In this document: one piece after another, positions 24,493 through 33,460 of the stretch
Layout: every line of letters begins with the position of its first letter
Position numbering within the stretch: the stretch's first letter is position 1
Virus record (IMG/VR): IMGVR_UViG_3300033513_000035
Span: 1-34,593 of that record
Source of the DNA: a virus
Taxonomy: Duplodnaviria > Caudoviricetes
Reading direction: 5' to 3' (one strand)
Length of the DNA: 34,593 nucleotides
Notes under the pieces: generated by a model
What the model saw: only the letters and a program-made list of their open reading frames with translations
What the model was told of the DNA's origin: nothing
Databases searched by the model: none
Made by a program: the position numbers and the translations under genes

Positions 24493-25794
24493 CTACTCCT
24501 CCTTCACGCAGAAGAACGCGAAGTGATCCGTGCGGTTGCAATTCTGCGAGACGAGGTACGTGTCGCCCCCGATCGCGATCGTGTCCTCGGCGACCATGTT
24601 CCCCGAGGTCAGGGTCGAGTTGACCCAGAAGAGCCCGTGGATCTCCCCGTAGATCCGGAACGTCGGCGCGTCGGTCTCGATGATCGTCGCCGGGAACGGG
24701 ATGCAAAGGTCGTTCGGGCTCCCGGGGGTCTGCATGACCTCGACCGCGGACGTCCCGGGGTGCCCGGAGTTGGGTACCATCTTCGTCGTGATGAAAAGCG
24801 GCGCCGTTCCCTGCATCCACCCGCGGTCCTCGGGCTCCGCCGCCGTCCAGTCGGGGAGGCCGGCCGGGTACACGACGCACACCTGCGACGCGTTGCGGCC
24901 CGCGGAGGACGTCGCCGTGCCGTTCTTGACCGTCCGCCACACCCCCGCGGGGTCGCGGACGAACGCGGGCCCGTAGGTGTCGGTCACCCCGCCGATCGGG
25001 TCGACCGCCCCGGAGAAGCCGGCGCCGGAGTAGGAGTACACCGTCGCGACGTCGGAGCACGCCCCGAGGACGAGGACCGGATACGGGTATTCGGTCGCCG
25101 TGCCGAACTGGTCGAGGAATCCGAACCCGCACGGAACGTAGGTCGTTCCGATCTTCGCGAGGACGAAGATCCACCGCGTGGTGACCTCGAACCAGTAGGT
25201 GATCGTTCCCGTGGACAGGGGGACGTATGCCCCCTCCGCCGCCGTTCCGACCCCGTCATATCGACCCGGGCTGATCCCCGGCTGCGTCGCCCACGGGTCG
25301 CCGGCCGAGTAGCCGGTGAAGCCGGCGAGCTCCCACGCGCGGTTGCTCCCGGACTGGAACGTCCGGGCGCCGCCGTAGATCGCCTGCGTCCCGTCGCCCT
25401 CGCCGTGCATGATGAGCTCGCGGTCCGTGCCCGAATAGACTACGTCGCGGTCGGTCGTCCACCCGCGCTTCGCGTGCCACGTGAGGTCGATGGTGCACCC
25501 GCTCCCGCCCGCCGGCGCGACGGTCGTCGCGACGGGGTTCGCCGGCTGGACCGTGTACTCGCCCTCCTCGACGAGGGTGATCGCGGTCACCTCGCCCGAG
25601 CCGCCGATCGTGTCGACGTTGAACGTCGCGGCGACGGTCCCCGTCCCGCCGACGACGGTCAGGACGTCGTTGACGGAGTATCCCGAGCCGGCCACGTTGA
25701 TCGCGCCGGAGAGGACGGCCCTCGCCGCGGCGAAGTCGCGGAGGGCCGTCAGGAGGGCGATGTATCCCGCTGCGGTGCCGGTCTTCCAAGCCAT
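24493..25794 (-). CDS. Virion structural protein (433 aa)
   Basis: True start MAWKTGTA at 25794 (TAATG overlap with the TMP stop); EYPYP and GEIHGLFW...AEDTI.IGG motifs. Confidence 0.75.
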   Translation of the reverse strand: MAWKTGTAAGYIALLTALRDFAAARAVLSGAINVAGSGYSVNDVLTVVGGTGTVAATFNVDTIGGSGEVTAITLVEEGEYTVQPANPVATTVAPAGGSGCTIDLTWHAKRGWTTDRDVVYSGTDRELIMHGEGDGTQAIYGGARTFQSGSNRAWELAGFTGYSAGDPWATQPGISPGRYDGVGTAAEGAYVPLSTGTITYWFEVTTRWIFVLAKIGTTYVPCGFGFLDQFGTATEYPYPVLVLGACSDVATVYSYSGAGFSGAVDPIGGVTDTYGPAFVRDPAGVWRTVKNGTATSSAGRNASQVCVVYPAGLPDWTAAEPEDRGWMQGTAPLFITTKMVPNSGHPGTSAVEVMQTPGSPNDLCIPFPATIIETDAPTFRIYGEIHGLFWVNSTLTSGNMVAEDTIAIGGDTYLVSQNCNRTDHFAFFCVKEE

Positions 25795-28370
25795 TATCTT
25801 AACGCCTTCTTCAAGGAGTTTCGGTTCGACGCGACCCAATTCATCATGACCTTGCCGCCCTCCGGCGTCGCCATCGCGGCGCGCGCCTGCGCGGGGTCGG
25901 TGATGTTGTTCACGATCAGGTTGACCTGCGGGGGTTCCGAGGGGCCCATCGGGACGATCGCGCCGGAGCTCCCCGGGACGAATATCTCGGGGCCCCGCTC
26001 GCCGACGGGATAGGCGCGCCCGAGGGACACGGACCCGCCGGCCGCCTTGCCGCCGCCCGTGGCCGCCCCGGCCGCGGCGCCGCCCGCCGCCCCGCCGATG
26101 GCGGACATGAAATTGCTCTCCCCCATCACCCCGGCGATCGCCTTCATGATGAGGATGCGGATGATGAGGGAGAGGATGTCCTTCGCGAGCTGCGCGAAGA
26201 GGTCGGAGAACGCCCGCTTCAAATCCTCGACGTTCTGGAACCCCGACATCACGAAGTCCGCGAGGGCGTCGGTCGCGGTATTGAAGGCCCCCGAGAGGGT
26301 GCCCGAGATCGCCCCCGAGATGTCCGAGATGTTCTTCAGCGTCCCCTCGAGGCCCTCGGTGAACTGCCCGGAGAGGTACTCGGAGAACGTCTTCGTGCTC
26401 TCGTTCGCCCCGTCGTTCGCGTTCTTCAGGTCGTTCATCTTCGTGATCGCGGCGTCCATCACCGCCGGGTCGAACTTCGGGGCGGCCTCCTCCTCGGCGG
26501 TCCGCTGGAACGCGAAGCCGCGCGCGCGGTCCATCACGTCCTGCACGACGTCGGTCGCCTGCGTCCCGACCTCGCGGAACCCGGTCTCGAACCCGAGCCT
26601 CGCGGCCGCGCCGATCTCGGCGAAGCCGGCGGTCGTCCGCTGCTTCTCGGCGGGGACGTCGAGGTAGCCGACGAGGCCGAGCTGCACGGTCTTCCCACCG
26701 TAGAACGCCTGCATGATGTTGATCTGCTTCTCGACCAAGATGATGAAGTTGTTGATCTGGCGGATGACGGCGTTCAGCATCTTCACGAACGATTGCGTCC
26801 AGAAGTTGGCGGCCTTCGACACCCAATCGTTGATCACGTCGCCCATGGTCTGGAAGGACGCGACGATGGCGCCGATCGACCCGGTCGCGACCGCGACGAT
26901 GGCGTCGAACGCCACGGCGACGAACTTCACGACGTCGGCGAAGGACGAGCTGGTCCCCTCCGCGAGGATGCCGAACGCCGACAGGACGCCGTCGACCGCG
27001 GGCCGGACGTAGTCGACCACGGCCTGGAGGGCCTCCCCGACGTACGTCATCACGGCGCGCACCACGTCCCCGAGGGAGACGAGCCCGTCGGACGAGACCT
27101 TGATCCTGTTCCGAAATTCGTACAGGAGCGCGCCCGCGGCGGCGATCGCCGAGGCGAGGAGCATGAGGGGGTGAGCCCGCATGAGGAGGAAGAGCTTCGC
27201 GAACTGCCGGTGCAGGAACGGGAGGACCGTCACCGCAAGTCCGGCGAGGGCGGCCGAGAGGAACTCGACGTGGTTCGCGAGGAACCGGACGCCGCCGGCG
27301 AGGGCCCGGACCGCCGCCTCGGGGCCCCCCTTCATCGCCCCGATCGACAGCACCGCGGCCTCCGCGGCGCTCCGCAGCGCGAGGAAGGCGCCGTTGAGGT
27401 TTCGGTCCATGATCTCGGCGACGCGCCGCGCTTCGCCCCCCGCGCCGTTCAGGGCCTCGTTCAGTCGCTTGATCTTCGGGACGGAGCTCGCCATGATCTC
27501 GAACGCGGGGCCGCCCCGGTCGCCGAAGATGGTGAGGGCCTGCCCGGTGTCGATGCCGGCGTCCCGGAGGCGCTCGATCGCGACCGTCAATCCGACCTCG
27601 GAGACCCTAACCTCCTTGGCGGAGACCCCGAGATCCCGGAGGACCTTGATCCCCATCCGCGTCGGCGCCTCGAGCTCGGCGATGATGCGCCGGAGCCCGG
27701 TCCCCGCCAGGGACCCCGCGAGGCCGGCGTCGGACAGGGCACCGATGACGGCGGTCATCTCCTCGAGCGGAACCTTCACGCCCGCCGCGACGGGGCCGGC
27801 ATACTTGATGGCGTCCCCGAGCTGTCGGACGTCGGTCGACGTGCTGTTGGCGGTTTTCGCGAGGACGTCGGTCACCCTCGCCGCCTCGGCCGTCGAGAGG
27901 CGCATGCCGTTCAGGACGTTCACCGTTACCTCGGCCGCGGCGCCGAGGTCGAGGGCCGCCGCCTGCGCGAGGCGGAGGGTGTCATCGATCGTCGCCATGG
28001 TCTGCTCGGCGGTGAAGCCGGCGCGGGCGAGGAACATCATGCCCTCGGCGGCCTGCGTCGCGGTGAACCGCGTGGTCATGCCGAGGTACCGCGCGGTATC
28101 GGTCATGATCTTGAACTGCGCGTCGGTCGCCGAGGACACGGCGCGGACGGTCCCCATCGCCTGTTCAAAGGAGGCGACCGCGCGGGTCGCCGCGCGGATG
28201 GCCCCGAGGAATCCGACCCCCGCGATCAGGGAGGTCAGGGACAGGGAGCTCCGCATCCCGTCGACCTGCACCCGCGAGACGTTCGCGGCGGTGCCGATCC
28301 CCGCGACCTCCCGCTTGACGGTTCGGGCCCCGGTCTCGCTGATCTGTATGATGAGCTTCTCGGTCGCCAT
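25794..28370 (-). CDS. Tape measure protein (TP901-type)
   Basis: FEQAM..VRAVS.AT...TTRFTATQAAEGM.FLARAGF; Ala-rich helical body; C-terminal A.GGSV..G..Y.VGERGPEIFVP. Confidence 0.95.
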   Translation of the reverse strand: MATEKLIIQISETGARTVKREVAGIGTAANVSRVQVDGMRSSLSLTSLIAGVGFLGAIRAATRAVASFEQAMGTVRAVSSATDAQFKIMTDTARYLGMTTRFTATQAAEGMMFLARAGFTAEQTMATIDDTLRLAQAAALDLGAAAEVTVNVLNGMRLSTAEAARVTDVLAKTANSTSTDVRQLGDAIKYAGPVAAGVKVPLEEMTAVIGALSDAGLAGSLAGTGLRRIIAELEAPTRMGIKVLRDLGVSAKEVRVSEVGLTVAIERLRDAGIDTGQALTIFGDRGGPAFEIMASSVPKIKRLNEALNGAGGEARRVAEIMDRNLNGAFLALRSAAEAAVLSIGAMKGGPEAAVRALAGGVRFLANHVEFLSAALAGLAVTVLPFLHRQFAKLFLLMRAHPLMLLASAIAAAGALLYEFRNRIKVSSDGLVSLGDVVRAVMTYVGEALQAVVDYVRPAVDGVLSAFGILAEGTSSSFADVVKFVAVAFDAIVAVATGSIGAIVASFQTMGDVINDWVSKAANFWTQSFVKMLNAVIRQINNFIILVEKQINIMQAFYGGKTVQLGLVGYLDVPAEKQRTTAGFAEIGAAARLGFETGFREVGTQATDVVQDVMDRARGFAFQRTAEEEAAPKFDPAVMDAAITKMNDLKNANDGANESTKTFSEYLSGQFTEGLEGTLKNISDISGAISGTLSGAFNTATDALADFVMSGFQNVEDLKRAFSDLFAQLAKDILSLIIRILIMKAIAGVMGESNFMSAIGGAAGGAAAGAATGGGKAAGGSVSLGRAYPVGERGPEIFVPGSSGAIVPMGPSEPPQVNLIVNNITDPAQARAAMATPEGGKVMMNWVASNRNSLKKALR

Positions 28371-28371
28371 C

Positions 28372-28791
28372 CTATCCCTCGAGGATCTTTCCCCTCTTCA
28401 CGGCCGCTTCCGCGGCGGCCACGGCGTGCTTCGCCATGCCGAATGGCGCCTGATCGCTGTGCCCGTTCTCGAGGGGCATGATGTACGCGACGTTGTTCGC
28501 GAGGAAGATCCCCTCCCCCTCGCCGTCGTAGTCGGCGATGACGGTTTGGGCCGCGGCGATCGTCTTCTGCCCGCCCCGGTCGAACTCGAGGACCGGATCG
28601 GTCTTCGGCGCGCCGATCGACGCGAGCCAATTCGCCCGCGCGCGGCCGGTGTCGACGGGGGTCCCGAGGACGACCGCGGCGTCGCACACGACGGCCGCCA
28701 TCCTGACGAGGTTACGGGCGCCGCCTTCGATCGCCCTTGAGACGACCGTCATCCTTTTGCTGAATTCGCCGAGGCTTCGGCTTATCGCCAT
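28372..28791 (-). CDS. HK97 gp10-like tail completion protein
   Basis: TPVDTGRARANW...IFLANNVAYI..LENGHS.QAP.G. Confidence 0.85.
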   Translation of the reverse strand: MAISRSLGEFSKRMTVVSRAIEGGARNLVRMAAVVCDAAVVLGTPVDTGRARANWLASIGAPKTDPVLEFDRGGQKTIAAAQTVIADYDGEGEGIFLANNVAYIMPLENGHSDQAPFGMAKHAVAAAEAAVKRGKILEG

Positions 28792-29119
28792 GCGTGCGCT
28801 CCCAATGACGAAGGTACTCCACATCCATTATACGGGCAAAGTACGCGAGGTCCGAGGTTTGGAGGTCGTCGAAGTCGTTCGCCGCGGCGTAATCGACGAC
28901 GGCGGACCACGGGATGGGGGCGGGGCCGGCGAACCCGACCGGCCGGCACGTGTTGAGGTCCGAGAACGCATCCCAGAAGAGCTCAAGGCCCCAGAAGAGC
29001 TCGGGGGCGCCCTCGATCTCCTTCGGAAGGGGTAGGCGTTGCCGGTAGCACGCCTCGGCGATCCACCGCTCGTCCTTCCCGACGCCGAGGTAGTAGCGGA
29101 GGACGTCGGTCAGTTTTTT
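28712..29119 (-). CDS. Tail assembly chaperone C-terminal extension (gpGT-like), reached by -1 frameshift
   Basis: No suitable start of its own; -1 frame reads KKLTDVLRYYL...APEL..GL..FWDAF.DL.TCR...PIPWSAV..YA...MD..YL. Confidence 0.8.
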   Translation of the reverse strand, partial: KKLTDVLRYYLGVGKDERWIAEACYRQRLPLPKEIEGAPELFWGLELFWDAFSDLNTCRPVGFAGPAPIPWSAVVDYAAANDFDDLQTSDLAYFARIMDVEYLRHWERTHGDKPKPRRIQQKDDGRLKGDRRRRP

Positions 29120-29517
29120 GCGTCGGCCTCGCGGACGTCCTCGCGGAAGAGGGCCGCGTTCTGCGCCTGCGCGTAGAGGTCGGAGAAGAGGTCGGGGAGG
29201 TCCTCGAAGAGCTTGATCGCGTTCTCCTTCGTGAACGGGAGGGAATTTCCCGCCTCGTCGGTCACGCCCTCCCACCCGAGGACGACCGTCGTCGCGACGA
29301 CCTCGCGGAGGATCTGACGGGAGACGTCCTCCGGCAGGGTGTCGAGCTGGATCTGCCGGCGGTGCTTGCGCGCGAACGCCTCAATCGCGCGGAGGAACGC
29401 CTTATTGTTGACGCCCCCGGCGCGCGCGATGCGGATCTTCACGCCGTCGCCGTAGTCGAGGATCACGCCGTCCCGCTCGACCGAGGGATCCGTCTTGAAC
29501 TGCTTGTAAAGCGACAT
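29110..29517 (-). CDS. Tail assembly chaperone (gpG-like)
   Basis: MSLYKQFKTD...E.DGV...RIARAGG.N...VLGWEGV...PFT.EN...LF.DLPDLF; AGGAGG RBS; lies between the major tail and TMP genes. Confidence 0.9.
   Translation of the reverse strand: MSLYKQFKTDPSVERDGVILDYGDGVKIRIARAGGVNNKAFLRAIEAFARKHRRQIQLDTLPEDVSRQILREVVATTVVLGWEGVTDEAGNSLPFTKENAIKLFEDLPDLFSDLYAQAQNAALFREDVREADAKN
29113..29119 (-). other. -1 ribosomal slippery sequence A AAA AAC
   Basis: GCA AAA AAC TGA at the end of the chaperone ORF; canonical XXXYYYZ. Confidence 0.85.
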
Positions 29518-29610
29518 CCGTCCTCCTGCCAATAACGGGACCGACCCGCGCCGGCCGGCCCCTCCCTCGCATACGTACGAACAACGGGGGGTCGCGCCCC
29601 GGAGGGGTCC

Positions 29611-31131
29611 CTATTGCTCCGCCCTCGTCGGGAGGTAGTCGTAGAACTCGATCCACATCGTGTAGTTCTTGCCGAACTTCGCGCCCGTCGACGCCTCGAA
29701 CGAGATGGGGATCGTCACGGGCTCGTCGGCCGCGACCGCCGGCCGGCCGTCGCCGAGGGCGATGAGGGGGAGGTCGATCACGATGCCGGCGTTCGCCTTC
29801 GCGACCGCGATGTCGAGGGTGCAATCCGCGTTCTGCATGACGGTTTGAATCGCGGCGACGTCGGCGAAGTATGCCGTCATCGTCCCGTTCACGTGGAAGT
29901 TGCCCGAGGACACCTCGATCGCGCCGAGGGTGCCGACCGCCTTGTTGGGCTTCACGCCGTTCGCGATCGTCAGCTTCAATTCCTGGAGGAACGCGAAGAG
30001 GGCCGTCGGATTCTCGGTCCCGTCGACGTGGGCCGAGAGCTTGATGCGCGCGAAGTCCGAGGACGTATTGAACGCGTCCGCCTCGGTGACGGCGACGCGC
30101 GTCCCGGCCTTGACGCCGGTCACCCCGGATCGCTGCTCGACGTTCGTACCGACGAACGAGAGGTCGCACGTGATCTTGTCGGCCGTGGCGACGTTCATCG
30201 TGAATTCGTTCGGCACCGCGCCGACGAGGTACTCGCTCTGGATCTGCGCGGGGGACGCGTCGTCCGGGGCGCCGAGCTGCCGCTCGATCTGGTACGTGCG
30301 CCGGACGATGGTCGCGGCGGGCTCGTTGTGGAGGACGCGGCCGAAGAAGATCCGGATCGTCTTCCCCGTGCCTACGTCCGTGACCATCGTCGCCGACGTC
30401 TTATCGAACTCGATCGCGCCGGCCGCGATCGACCGCACCCTCGCCCAACAGTTGTCGGCGGCGGTCGCGAACTGCTCCGCCGTGAGGTCGCCGCCGATGA
30501 AGATCCACTCGCCGACGAGGAGCCCGAGCTGCGTCAGGTTCTTCGCGGCCGCCGTGAGCTTCGGGTACGTCCCGGACGCGTCGATCGCCGCGTCCGTGGT
30601 CGCGAACTGGTGCCCGACCCTGGAGATCGTGCCGGCCTGCGCCGCGGCGGTCACGAGGTTCGTAGTCACGGGGACGGACATGGCGGCGGGGACCCCGGTC
30701 ACGACCTTGAGGCCGTTGTTCGCGGCGTCGGTGAAACCCTTCGCGAAGAGGAGGTCGTTCGCGTAGTAGCCGTCGCCGCCGGCCGCCGGCTGGTAGTCGT
30801 CGATGGTCGTATCGACCACCGCGACCGCGAGCTCGACCTTCTTGCGGAGGCTCGCCCAGAAGAATCCCTGGAGGAGCCCCTGAAGGTTCGCCTGCGTGAG
30901 GTCGGTCTGAAACCCGCCGCTCGCGTCGAGGTCGGTCGTCACGCCCTTCTTGAGCTGCCGGTCGGCGTTGATGGGGTTGCGCGCCACGAGGGCGAGCTCG
31001 CCGCCGAAGTCGGCGTAGGAGTTGGGCTCGAGGGCGTTCCACACGGGGGATCCGGGGAGGACGCCGATGGTAGCCTCCTCCGCGTACGCGAGCCCCGTCG
31101 CATTAGAATCGATCTTGACTACCGCCGCCAT
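29611..31131 (-). CDS. Major tail (tube) protein
   Basis: KIDSN.TGL.YAEE...W.ALEPNSY.DFGG....ARNPI..RQ.KKG.TTDLDASGG; position before the chaperone. Confidence 0.88.
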   Translation of the reverse strand: MAAVVKIDSNATGLAYAEEATIGVLPGSPVWNALEPNSYADFGGELALVARNPINADRQLKKGVTTDLDASGGFQTDLTQANLQGLLQGFFWASLRKKVELAVAVVDTTIDDYQPAAGGDGYYANDLLFAKGFTDAANNGLKVVTGVPAAMSVPVTTNLVTAAAQAGTISRVGHQFATTDAAIDASGTYPKLTAAAKNLTQLGLLVGEWIFIGGDLTAEQFATAADNCWARVRSIAAGAIEFDKTSATMVTDVGTGKTIRIFFGRVLHNEPAATIVRRTYQIERQLGAPDDASPAQIQSEYLVGAVPNEFTMNVATADKITCDLSFVGTNVEQRSGVTGVKAGTRVAVTEADAFNTSSDFARIKLSAHVDGTENPTALFAFLQELKLTIANGVKPNKAVGTLGAIEVSSGNFHVNGTMTAYFADVAAIQTVMQNADCTLDIAVAKANAGIVIDLPLIALGDGRPAVAADEPVTIPISFEASTGAKFGKNYTMWIEFYDYLPTRAEQ

Positions 31132-31134
31132 GTG

Positions 31135-31572
31135 CTACCTCCGATCGGTGTACTCAAAGTCGGCGGTCACGTTCACCTGGAACCACGGACCGTCGGCGCC
31201 CACTTCGTTCATTCTCACGTCCTTGAACCACAAGCTCGCGGTGCTCGCCCCCTCGAACGCGTTCTTCGCGACGTTCGCCAGGGCGTCGGGAAGGATCAGG
31301 CCGCCGCCGGCGTCGAGGGTCGCGAACACCTGCACTACTATTATACCGCGTCGCTCCCACAACCGCTCGCCCGAGGCGCTCGCGAGGCCGGCCTGCGACG
31401 CCCCGGAGTGCCTGATCGTCACGCGCGCCCACGCCGCCGTCAGGTCCCCGGCGCGGCCGGACGCGTCGTAGCGGACCGGGGGGACGACGCCGCCGTTGAC
31501 CGCCGGCGCGTCCGCGTCCCACCGCGCCTTGAAGATGTCGAGCATGGCCCTCCGGGCCTCGGCGTAGGTCAT
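31135..31572 (-). CDS. Tail terminator-like protein
   Basis: Start MTYAEARR at 31572 (ATGA overlap); WARVTIRH...Q..L...R.G...VQVF...WFQVNVTADFEY. Confidence 0.8.
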   Translation of the reverse strand: MTYAEARRAMLDIFKARWDADAPAVNGGVVPPVRYDASGRAGDLTAAWARVTIRHSGASQAGLASASGERLWERRGIIVVQVFATLDAGGGLILPDALANVAKNAFEGASTASLWFKDVRMNEVGADGPWFQVNVTADFEYTDRR

Positions 31573-31934
31573 CGCTTCACCACCACCTTGTAGAGGATCG
31601 TCTCCCCGTTCGGGCAGAGGGGCTCGGACGCGACGATCGACCACACCTCGCCGGACGCCCGGACGAGGACGTCGACCGAGGGGTCGGGCGCGACCGTCAT
31701 CCCCGAGGCCGCGACGTACACGACCTGATCTCCCGCCTTCGTGACGTCGCCGTCGGCGCGCCTCTTTGACTCCTCGAACCACACCGCGCGAACGGCGTGG
31801 GAGACGTAGGAGGGGGCCCCCGGCTCCCATTGACGGGGCGCCGCCGGGGGGTCGACGCGCCGGCGGAGCGTCGACGCCTCGCCGTATTGCGTGATGAGGC
31901 GGAGGGCGAGGGCGATCGCGTCGGCGTACATCAT
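31569..31934 (-). CDS. Head closure / head-tail joining protein
   Basis: MMYADAIALALRLITQYG..TLRR...W.I....PL.PNG..ILY; synteny. Confidence 0.75.
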   Translation of the reverse strand: MMYADAIALALRLITQYGEASTLRRRVDPPAAPRQWEPGAPSYVSHAVRAVWFEESKRRADGDVTKAGDQVVYVAASGMTVAPDPSVDVLVRASGEVWSIVASEPLCPNGETILYKVVVKR

Positions 31935-32440
31935 CCCCTCCGGATCTCGCCGGCCGCGACGACGAGCCCCGAGAGCCTCGCGTCCGCGGCGGGGTACTTT
32001 GGGGAGGCGAACGACGCGCCGGCGGCGTAGGTCACCGATTCCGAGATGGGCCCGACCGTCGAGGACTTCGCCTGCACGTCCCGCCCGGTCGCGTCCCGCG
32101 TCGGCGTCGGGTTCAGGGTCGACGCCAGGGCGACGAACGCGTACTCGGCGCACGCCTCCTTCACGCGGTCCGGGATCCCCTCGACGAGGTGGTCGTCCTC
32201 GTCGAACGCGTCGACGCGCGGCCACATCGTTCGCTGGTCGTCGTTCGCCTGGTAGCCGACGAACTGGAATCGATGATCCATGTAGTCCGTCGCCTTGACG
32301 ATCGCCCGCTGGATGTCGACGTCGCCGTAGGAACTGAGGTCGTTTCCTCGATCGGCGTGGTACGCCTTGAACTCCGCGACCGTGAGGTACGCGTTCGCGC
32401 CCGCGATCGATCCGTCGTCGTCCTGCACCGTGAACGCCAT
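31931..32440 (-). CDS. Head-tail adaptor (DnaT-like family)
   Basis: DG...GANAY.TVAEF..YH.DRG...A..KATDY.D...WPR...IP..VKEA.AE.A...VGPIS..V.Y. Confidence 0.85.
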   Translation of the reverse strand: MAFTVQDDDGSIAGANAYLTVAEFKAYHADRGNDLSSYGDVDIQRAIVKATDYMDHRFQFVGYQANDDQRTMWPRVDAFDEDDHLVEGIPDRVKEACAEYAFVALASTLNPTPTRDATGRDVQAKSSTVGPISESVTYAAGASFASPKYPAADARLSGLVVAAGEIRRG

Positions 32441-32448
32441 CTGGTCAC

Positions 32449-32778
32449 CTATTCGTAATCGGCCACGTAAACCTCGGTCGGCACCATCCAGATCTGGCCG
32501 AGGTCGGTCGCGACCTTGAACTCGATCCGGTACGGGGACGCCGCCTCGGTGCCCCCGCGGACGAGGACGGTGAGGGCGTTGTTCGCCCCGCCGTCCGGGT
32601 CGCTCGTGACGCGGAGGGTGGTCTGGTCGAGGAGCGTCGTCGAGACGTCGTTCCCGTCCTTGTCCGTCGCCGTCGCCGCGGACGACCCGAGGTTGACCGC
32701 CTCGCCGGCCTGCTGGACGAGCCGGATGCTGCCGGACGCGTCGAACTCTTCCGTGGGATGCTTGTTGATCCTCGTCAT
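32449..32778 (-). CDS. Fibre-adaptor-like Ig-fold virion protein (109 aa)
   Basis: Start MTRINKHPTE (ATGA overlap); K.P.E..D...V..GGT....Y.I...V.T..G pattern. Confidence 0.55.
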   Translation of the reverse strand: MTRINKHPTEEFDASGSIRLVQQAGEAVNLGSSAATATDKDGNDVSTTLLDQTTLRVTSDPDGGANNALTVLVRGGTEAASPYRIEFKVATDLGQIWMVPTEVYVADYE

Positions 32779-33047
32779 CGTCTCACCGCCTGCACGATCC
32801 GTCCCGGGTTCGATCGGGATGCCATTCGCGCCTCCATCGATCTTACCATCGTATAGCGCCCCCTCGCGGCGACGGCGAGCGTGTCGATCGCCTCGCCGAG
32901 GAGGACGCCGTCGAGCGCCTCGGCCTCGGTCATCGGGGACGGCCGAAACGGCAGGAACGCGAGCGGCCACCCGTCCGGGAGGACGAACCGATGCACGGCC
33001 CGGAGGCACGTGTACGGCCGGATGTATCCGCCCTCGCTGACGATCAT
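32775..33047 (-). CDS. Hypothetical protein (90 aa, MIVSEGGYIRP...)
   Basis: ATGA overlaps at both ends. Confidence 0.65.
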   Translation of the reverse strand: MIVSEGGYIRPYTCLRAVHRFVLPDGWPLAFLPFRPSPMTEAEALDGVLLGEAIDTLAVAARGRYTMVRSMEARMASRSNPGRIVQAVRR

Positions 33048-33460
33048 ACCTTCCCCCGGATGTAGTCCGACGGCCCGCCGTCGATCGACGAAGTGGCGAC
33101 CTCGCGCGGCCGGCCGTCGTACCACGCGGTCACGACGACCCGCTTGTCGAGCTTGACCGAGGTGAGCGTGTGCATCGTCCTGACGCCCGGCACCCGCTCC
33201 ACCTTGACCTCGAGGTCGGGCGCCGATTTAATCTTCGCGAGGTCCCACTCCGCCTCCCTCCCCGGCCGCGGGCCGCGGGCCCCGACGCCGACGGCGTCGA
33301 CGTGGTGGGCCACCAGGAGGAGGGATCCGAGGGAGGCCGCGATGGCGTCGTGCATCTCCGCCGAGAGGGCGCCGGACGAGCCGTCCGGGGGATCGCCCCT
33401 GATCTCCTCGAGGAGCGTTTCGGCCTGCCTGACGATGTCGAGTACGCGCGTCCATTCCAT
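33044..33460 (-). CDS. Hypothetical protein (138 aa, MEWTRVLDIV...)
   Basis: TAATG overlap with the upstream stop. Confidence 0.65.
   Translation of the reverse strand: MEWTRVLDIVRQAETLLEEIRGDPPDGSSGALSAEMHDAIAASLGSLLLVAHHVDAVGVGARGPRPGREAEWDLAKIKSAPDLEVKVERVPGVRTMHTLTSVKLDKRVVVTAWYDGRPREVATSSIDGGPSDYIRGKV

Noticed and set aside
11263-31593. Very long plus-strand ORFs (e.g. 11263-13257, 18250-21054, 23572-26013, 29614-31593)
   Set aside because: Antisense shadows of GC-rich minus-strand genes; Arg/Gly/Pro-biased, no recognisable motifs.
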